A stretch of 64,000 bases of DNA from assembly GCA_965237675.1 (NCBI GenBank), contig OZ250150.1, positions 2,624,001 through 2,688,000 of the forward strand, given 5' to 3'. Every line of letters begins with the position of its first letter. The stretch's first letter is position 1. Below, one piece after another: positions 57,925-64,000 of the stretch. The position numbers and the translations under genes are program-made. Under the pieces are notes generated by a model. That model did not search any database. It was not told the origin of the DNA and saw nothing but the letters and a program-made list of their open reading frames with translations. The DNA comes from Candidatus Latescibacterota bacterium (GTDB lineage Bacteria > Latescibacterota > UBA2968 > GCA-2709665).

Positions 57925-57997
57925 GAAAAAGGGCAAGGGAATAGGGGACGTTTGGGGGTGGCGAAGATTCTAACTCACGGGTGGCGAGACGCGGTTG

Positions 57998-58113
57998 CTT
58001 CGACAGGCTCAGCGCAAGCAACGCTGCGAGACGGGATGAATCGGCCTGCCTGCTGAAGCATGCGAGGCAGGCGGATGAATGGCGACATATTTCATGGATG
58101 GGACACTTGAGGA
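57998..58113 (+). repeat. ~115-bp direct repeat / gene leader, copy A
   Basis: About 90% identical to 59088-59202 with a 45-nt identical core and a CCTGCCT...AGGCAGG hairpin; ends in GAGGA. Confidence 0.9.
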
Positions 58114-58122
58114 GGGCACGTA

Positions 58123-58923
58123 ATGAAGGTTGGCATTTATGCATCGTATTTCGGCAAGGAAGAACCCAAGGCGTTCCCGGACATCGAGTCCTTTATCGAT
58201 CTCGCCTTTGAATTGCGCCTGGATGTCATCGATTTCCGGGTAGATGTGGGGTTCGGCTCCCAGGACACGGACTATCTCAGAGGCATCAAGATAAAATGCC
58301 TGAAAGCCGGGCTGCCCATCGGCTATCTCGCGTCGGGCGGGCATTTTGTGGGTACGGATGACGAGTTGCGACTGAAGGTCGAGCAGGCGAAGGCCGACGT
58401 GGAGGTGGCTGCCTATCTGGGGGCGCCGATGATTCGGCTTTTCTGCGGTGCTCCCGAGGAGGGGGACCGGGAGAGTGAGATCCGGTGTTTTCAGGAAGTG
58501 TGCGATTTCGCCGCCGATGCCGGGATTATTGTGGGCCTCCAGAATCACCCGAGCACGGGTGACGGCGTTCTGCGTATCCTGCGGGAAACAAACCGGGAGA
58601 ACTTCACCTTTATCCTGGACACCGGTCAGTGGGTGGGCTCGCCGGGGCTGAATTTCGGTGTAGGCGATCCGGACGTCGATATCTACCACTACATGGAACA
58701 GACTGCGCCATTTGCTTCCTACGTACGCGCCAAGATCTACAAGATAGACAGCGGTCGGGAGGAGTGGCTCGATTACCCGCGCATCGTCGGGATTCTGAAA
58801 TCGGTGGGCTTCAACGGCGTCATTTCGATCACGTTCGAGGGGAAGGACGTCAACCGCTGCGACGACAGGGAAACCTTCAGGCTGGCGGCGCAGCACCTGC
58901 GCGAAACGATCGCCGCGGCCTGA
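58123..58923 (+). CDS. Sugar phosphate isomerase/epimerase (xylose-isomerase-like TIM barrel)
   Basis: AAYLGAPMIRLFCG, GLQNH, ILDTGQW, LDYPRIVGILKSVGFNGVISITFEG. Confidence 0.87.
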   Translation: MKVGIYASYFGKEEPKAFPDIESFIDLAFELRLDVIDFRVDVGFGSQDTDYLRGIKIKCLKAGLPIGYLASGGHFVGTDDELRLKVEQAKADVEVAAYLGAPMIRLFCGAPEEGDRESEIRCFQEVCDFAADAGIIVGLQNHPSTGDGVLRILRETNRENFTFILDTGQWVGSPGLNFGVGDPDVDIYHYMEQTAPFASYVRAKIYKIDSGREEWLDYPRIVGILKSVGFNGVISITFEGKDVNRCDDRETFRLAAQHLRETIAAA

Positions 58924-58929
58924 GCCGCT

Positions 58930-59102
58930 CCCTGAGCTTGTCGAAGGGTCGGCGAAGGGCGTTAAAGAGCGCCAAACAGGTTAGAAAACGCGGGCATTTC
59001 GACAAGCTCAATGACCACGTTTCGACAAGCCGTTTCGAAAGGCTCACTTCGACAAGTTCAGCGCAAGCAGCACAGGCGGTGCAGGCACTTCGACAGGCTC
59101 AG
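58930..59102. repeat. REP-like cluster (TTCGACAAGCTCA family, about 6 units)
   Basis: ccctgagcttgtcgaaggg followed by several ttcgacaagctca-like units. Confidence 0.8.
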
Positions 59103-59202
59103 TGTAAACAACGCGGCGAGACGGGACGAATCGGCCTGCCTGCTGAAGCATGCGAGGCAGGCGGATGAATGGTAACATATTTCCGGGACGGGACACTGAG
59201 GA
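59088..59202 (+). repeat. ~115-bp direct repeat / gene leader, copy B
   Basis: Matches 57998-58113; ends 18 nt before ATG 59220. Confidence 0.9.
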
Positions 59203-59219
59203 CCAGTAGGGAAGAGCGA

Positions 59220-59948
59220 ATGCCCCGGCTGACCGACTACCGTGTCCTGACCTTCGACTGCTACGGCACCCTGATCGACTGGGAGTGCGGAATCTGGGAT
59301 GCATTGCAGCCGCTGATGATGTGCAACTCTGCCACGGGCCTCACGCGTGACGCCGTGCTCCGCGCCTTCGCCCAATGCGAGAGCCGGCAGGAGCGGGCCA
59401 CGCCCGGCCTGCGCTATCCGGAACTGCTCGCCCGGGTGCACGTGCGCGTGGCGGCGAGACTCGGCCTGCAGACTGACGACGAACTCAACGCGGCGTTCGG
59501 CGCCTCGTTGCCGCACTGGCCCGCGTTCCCGGACACCGCCGATGCGCTGCGTATCCTCAAGCAGCACTACAAGCTCGTCATCCTTTCCAACGTTCACCGC
59601 GGCGGCATCGCCGACTCGAACCGCAAGATGGGCGTCGAGTTCGACGCCATCTACACCGCGGAGGACATCGGCTCCTACAAGCCGGCCGACGCCAACTTCG
59701 AGTACCTGATCGCCCGCCTGAAGTCGGACCTGGGGCTGGAACGATCGGACGTGCTGCACACCGCGCAGAGTCTGCACCACGACCATGTACCGGCAAGGAA
59801 GTTCGGGCTGGCCAATGCCTGGATCGACCGGCAGCGGCTATCGGAGGGTGGCAGTTGGGGCGCGACCGAGCGGGTGGAAACGACGCCGGCGGCCGACTTC
59901 GTCTTTTTCTCGTTGGGTGAGATGGCGGAGGCGGTGGTGGCCGCCTGA
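59220..59948 (+). CDS. HAD-superfamily hydrolase, haloacid dehalogenase type II-like
   Basis: LTFDCYGTLIDWE, WPAFPD, ILSNV, IGSYKP, LHTAQSLHHDHVPA, WIDR. Confidence 0.9.
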   Translation: MPRLTDYRVLTFDCYGTLIDWECGIWDALQPLMMCNSATGLTRDAVLRAFAQCESRQERATPGLRYPELLARVHVRVAARLGLQTDDELNAAFGASLPHWPAFPDTADALRILKQHYKLVILSNVHRGGIADSNRKMGVEFDAIYTAEDIGSYKPADANFEYLIARLKSDLGLERSDVLHTAQSLHHDHVPARKFGLANAWIDRQRLSEGGSWGATERVETTPAADFVFFSLGEMAEAVVAA

Positions 59949-60763
59949 AACCGAACGGCTACGGTGTGCTGGTGTCACGGGATCTCCTCTCTCAACCTGA
60001 AAGCCGCACACATCCTGCGTTTTCCTTCCTGATTGGTCCCATCCGTAATTTAACATTCGCATTCAAAGTTCTACGTGCCAGGATACGATCTGCGACTACG
60101 GGGGTCGCCATATCTCGCGTACTCCAGGAAAAGTAACAAAAATACGCATTCAAGATCTACCATTTTGGCAGAAATTCATTAGGTTTATTAATAAAGGTAT
60201 GTTATATTCGGTTTACATTGACGTCACGGTTTATAACTCGCTCGGCCCCACTTAGCCCGGATTATTCAGTGCGCCGTGAGAAGGCGCGGAACTCCAGTGG
60301 GTGAGAGTCCCACCCGACAAGAGTTGCTCCAGTCGGTAGCAATCGGAGCGGGGACATAGGCAACGACGTCTCCGAAGCCTCCGGTGTAGAGGGTCGCAAG
60401 GCGACTCGGCGAGTATGTAGGCCGTAACGTGAGTGAACGCTACAGCAGGCCTCGAAAAAGGCAATGCGGGAGCCGACCCGCCTGAATTTCGGGGAAGGCC
60501 GCCGTCGTTGGGGAAGAGGGCAACGCGCGCACCCAACGGTCCCGCCGGGGCAATGGCGACGGCATGCATACAAGGAGATCCGACGCAACACGGGAAGCCC
60601 TATCGGCGGTGGAGAGCCACCAACCGGCAACCCGCGAGGGACATGCCGGGCCGACAGGGGTGGCGGAGAGGCCCGTAGTACCTGTGAAGCCGGGTAATGC
60701 CGGTGGAGGAAAGGGGCCTTGGTTCAAGGGCAACGTCAAAGGAGCGAGAGCCGGGAGATTGGT

Positions 60764-62089
60764 ATGCGCCTAAGACCTCCGGAAAAGGTTCGGAAGCTGC
60801 AAAGGACGTTGCGTGCCCAAGCGAAGGAATCGCCCAATTACCGATTCTACGCGCTATATGACAGGGTATATCGCGAGGACATCCTGCTTTATGCCTACCG
60901 CAGCTGCAAGGCCAATGGCGGCGCGGCGGGTGTGGACACAGAGACCTTTGCGGACATCGAGTCATATGGACGTGAGCGGTGGTTGGGTGAACTGGCGGAA
61001 GCCGTCAGAAGCAAATCGTATCGAGCCGACCCGATCCGTCGGGTCTACATCCCCAAGGGTGACGGCAGGCAGCGACCGCTTGGTATCCCGACGGTGAAGG
61101 ACCGTGTGGTGCAAAGTGCAGCGATGCTGGTCTTGGAGCCGATCTTTGAAGCGGACCTGCCATCGCAGCAGTATGCCTACCGACCGAAGAGGAGCGCGCA
61201 CGACGCCATCAGGGCGGTACACGCCCTGGTAAATACAGGCCACACGCAGGTCATCGACGCCGACTAGAGCGGCTATTTCGACACGATCCCGCACGCCGAG
61301 TTGATGAAATCGGTGGCGCGTCGCATCTCGGACGGGCGGATGCTGCGTCTGATCAAGATGTGGCTGACCGCGCCGGTCGAAGAGACCGACAAGCGGGGTC
61401 GGAAGCAGCGAACAACGTCGAACAAGGATCAGGGAAGGGGGATACCGCAAGGCGCCCCCATCTCGCCGTTGATGGCGAACCTGTATATGCGCCGGTTCAT
61501 TCTGGGATGGCAGCTTCTGGGACATCAGCAGCGTCTGAAGGCTCATATTGTCAACTACGCGGACGATTATGTGATCTGCTGTCGCGGCACTGCGCAAGAA
61601 GCGATGCGCGCAATGCGATCCATCTTGAAAGCGCTTAAGTTGACGGTCAATGAGACGAAGACGGGCGAATGTACGCTTTTAGAAGGACGATTTGACTTTC
61701 TGGGCTACACCATCGGCCGCTGTTACTCGCCAAAGACGGGCAAGGCCTATATCGGCACGCGCCCGCCAAAGAAGGCCATCCGGCGCATCTGCCGGGCCAT
61801 CAGCGAGGCGACGGCGCGACGGTGGTTGCTGAAAGACCTTCAAGAACGGATTGCCCACCTGAACCGAAAGCTGGTAGGCTGGGGCAACTACTTCTGTCTT
61901 GGACCGGTCAGCAAAGCCTACCGGAGTGGGGACAGCCACACCCGGAAACGGCTCCGCTGGTGGTTGTGCAACAAGCATAGGATACCGGGAAAGGGAACCT
62001 CACGCTTCCCTGACGAAGTCCTCTACGATACGCTGGGACTGGCCCGGCTGGAAAGGCAGACGCGCAACCTTCCGTGGGCGAACGCATGA
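60764..62089 (+). pseudogene. ltrA: Group II intron reverse transcriptase/maturase with in-frame TAG
   Basis: RFYALYD, GAAGVD, RPLGIPTVKDRVVQ, DAD*SGYFD (TAG 61265-61267), PQGAPISP, YADD, FDFLGY, GWGNYF. Confidence 0.92.
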
Positions 62090-62133
62090 ATCCTTGTCGG
62101 AGAGCCGGATGCAGGAAATCCGCACGTCCGGTT

Positions 62134-62992
62134 GTGTGTCCAGCGAAGGCTGGCATGTTCAGCAGGAGACAGTCCTGCCGGGGTAAGAGTCAGCAGCCCC
62201 GTAGCTTGGATAGCAGGGTGGCGGGAAACCAAAATCCTGGAGCCTATCGACAGAGTCTCCCTTGGGTGAGATTGCGAGTCATTGGGCCGTAACGAGAGTG
62301 AACGCAGCGGTGGCCCCGAAAGTGCGAAGGTCCGAAGGCCGAGCCCACAACCGGAGGGCGAAGGCAGCATGGGCAGCCGAATGCTGAACGAGACGGCTGC
62401 CCCACTTCGGCGGGGTGGTAGCGATGGCACGATGACAAGGACATGCCGAGCAACTGGAGAAGCCCTCCTCGCCCTGGCGCGAAATCGCCAGAGCAAGGTA
62501 AGCCCTATAACCGGAGACACCGGGAAGGGGGCTGAAGGTGAGAGGGTGGCGGAGGGGCGCGTAGTAGCGAAGAAGTGGGGTAATGCCCGTGGAGCGAAGG
62601 CGCCCTGCTGTTGACCATTCTCCAACAAAAAGGGAGGCACGGGCGGAATGACAAACACGCCCATCAAGGTGCAGGACCTGAGAAGGAGAATATATCTCAA
62701 GGCGAAGGCTGATTTGGCTGGAAGCGGTGGAGTAGGCAGTGGCTATACAAAGGACTCGAACTCTTTTCTGAGTATCGGGTTGACGACCACGGGCCGAAAG
62801 CCACTCCGGTACAATAGGTCCCATAACCCTTGAGAGGAAATCAGCAGGAAAGCCCGGTGCCGGCAAACGGCACGCCGGGTTTGACGTGGCGGGAGTTGGA
62901 AACGTGACCACGGGAGCCGGACTGAGGCCCATCGCGAAAGCGGTGGAATGGCCACCGGACCCTACCGTCGGCGCGCCAGCTCTCGACCCTAC
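62134..62992 (+). mobile_element. Group II intron (inner), non-autonomous, inserted in DV of the outer intron
   Basis: 5' GTGTG at 62134; own DV AAAGCCCGGTGCCGGCAAACGGCACGCCGGGTTT at about 62849-62883; 3' CTCGACCCTAC at 62992; EBS1 AACCGGA and EBS2 GTGCG match the flank. Confidence 0.9.
62648..62790 (+). pseudogene. Internally deleted intron RT remnant
   Basis: MTNTPIKVQDLRRRIYLKAKAD (RT N-terminus) fused out of frame to FGWKRWSRQWLYKGLELFSEYRV (maturase C-terminus). Confidence 0.75.
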
Positions 62993-63157
62993 CGATGAGC
63001 GGGATGTGGAAACGGAGCACGGAGAGGCTATTGAGGCACCGCCAGACGAAAGGGGCGGAAACAGATAGGCCCCTCCTAAACCACCGCGCCACATCTCGAC
63101 TCTACCAAAAAGAGGTAGTTTCCTTGTACAAGAGGTTGTTTATCCCTATATTTAGGG

Positions 63158-63720
63158 GTGACAAAAAAGAACAACCTAAAGAAAGGAAACTACCGTGGTA
63201 TCAAGACAAAACAAACGGTGATGAAGTTTGCAAGCATAATGGGCAAGAAGGTCGAAGCGGACTTCGACGGAGGCGTGACGAGCAGCGACGGCGGTGTGAT
63301 GCTTTTGCGGAAGTTGGAGTCGCGCATGGGCATCGTGGATCGGATCGTCGATGCGCTTTGTGACGGGCGTCACCAAAGTTATATCGCGCATACTTATCGG
63401 GACCTTATCAGACAACGGGTGTTCCAGATCGCCTGCGGCTACGAGGATGCCAAAGACAGCAACACCCTTCGCCCGGACCCTGCGCTGAAAGCCGCGTGCG
63501 AGCGGCTGCCGATCACGGATCAGGATCTGGCGTTTCAGCCGACGTTGTCGCGTCTGGAGAACAGCGTGAGCCGCAGGGACCTCTACCGTGTCGGTGAGGC
63601 GTTTGTGGAGGCGTTCATCGCCTCGTATGAAAAGCCGCCGAAGAAAATCGTGTTGGACATCGACGACACGGATGACCCAACGCACGGGTGCCAGCAACTG
63701 TCGTTGTTTCACGGTTATTT
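63158..63720 (+). pseudogene. IS1380 family transposase, N-terminal part
   Basis: ADFDGGVTSSDGG, QRVFQIACGYED, QPTLSRLEN, IVLDIDDTDDPTHG.QQLSLFHGY, cut at 63720. Confidence 0.9.
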
Positions 63721-64000
63721 GAGCTCTTGTCAAGAGGTGTGTAAAAAGAATCAGGCGGCCAGTTTTTCGGATTGTGTGAAGGGTTTGCCATCCCTGTATA
63801 TTTGACCGGCATAGACGGCAGGCAAGAGATGGGACGCCTGTAGCTTACGGAAGCGTTTTTCTGCAACGACCAAGACGCGCCAAATGAGTGCTGTGGCGTT
63901 TTTGACTTTCTTGAATCGCTTGGCGACGTTGGTACGGAGGCGTACCGAGGCAAAGGGACTTTCCACGACATTGGTGGTCCTGATGTGTCTCCAGTGGGGT
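63721..64000 (-). mobile_element. IS256-family element: right end and transposase C-terminus (continues beyond the window)
   Basis: HWRHIRTTNVVESPFASVRLRT...LAA* (stop at 63751); terminus GAGCTCTTGTCAAGAGGTGTGTAAA. Confidence 0.87.

Larger units (their letters stand above)
60269..63105 (+). mobile_element. Group II intron (outer), RT-encoding, no En domain
   Basis: 5' GTGCG at 60269; RT ORF; DV GAGAGCCGGATGCAGGAAATCCGCACGTCCGGTT|CGATGAGCGGG split by the inner intron; 3' end CTCGACTCTAC at 63105; candidate EBS1 TGAAT (60483) pairs with exon ATTCA. Confidence 0.9.
60256..63720 (+). mobile_element. IS1380-family element, interrupted (left end split by an intron, transposase cut by IS256)
   Basis: Removing the intron gives CCCGGATTATTCA|CAAAAAGAGG, resembling an IS1380-type CC-start terminus, directly upstream of the transposase; the right end is not in the window. 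Confidence 0.6.

Noticed and set aside
58921-59110. Repeat cluster as a CRISPR array
   Set aside because: Units are about 13 nt, degenerate, irregularly spaced and in both orientations; there are no cas genes
57998-59202. Direct repeats as integron attC sites
   Set aside because: No RYYYAAC...GTTRRRY boxes, the repeats lie at gene 5' ends, and no integrase is present
60170-60240. AT-rich stretch with TTGACG and TATAAC as a sigma70 promoter
   Set aside because: The spacing (9 nt, or 14 nt from TTTACA) is not canonical
61265-61267. In-frame TAG in the RT as stop-codon recoding or pyrrolysine
   Set aside because: It falls at a conserved Leu position (DADLSGYFD), and TAG ends several ordinary genes here (17370, 22353, 28574, 30088, 35110); a simple nonsense mutation is more likely
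60764-62089. RT as a retron, DGR or defence RT
   Set aside because: It is flanked by GTGCG, DV and DVI and has a maturase domain, so it is a group II intron RT

Overview
GC-rich bacterial chromosome segment. The gene mix (several Gfo/Idh/MocA oxidoreductases, a PhyH dioxygenase, polysaccharide lyases, PQQ-like beta-propellers) resembles Latescibacterota/Poribacteria/PVC-type heterotrophs, but this taxonomic guess is inference only. Main contents: (1) metabolic genes at 0-5.8 kb; (2) a defence island at 5.9-15.1 kb with a Uma2 nuclease overlapping a complete type I Zorya operon (zorABCD), plus a Phd antitoxin and a broken VapC; (3) glycan and sugar-acid genes at 15.5-27.5 kb, including larA; (4) a ~20 kb co-directional uncharacterised biosynthetic-looking cluster at 27.5-47.7 kb (EhpF-like adenylating enzyme, ALDH-fold reductase, Fe-ADH, HemN-like radical SAM, flavin-dependent halogenase-like enzyme, aryl-CoA ligase, GT4, thioesterase, three secreted PQQ-like propellers, TonB receptor, LolCDE-like ABC system) with no PKS, NRPS, carrier protein or phenazine core; (5) a TAXI-TRAP transporter, a PIN toxin-antitoxin pair and CoA-metabolism genes; (6) intergenic mosaics of REP-like hairpins, short tandem tracts and a 3-copy structured repeat with compensatory base changes and a variable core; (7) at 60.2-64 kb a nested mobile stack: an IS1380 interrupted at its left end by a group II intron, whose catalytic domain V is split by a second, ORF-deleted group II intron with EBS1/EBS2 complementary to domain V, and an IS256 inserted in the IS1380 transposase. 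No rRNA, tRNA or CRISPR array was seen. All calls are from motif recognition by eye; no database searches were run.
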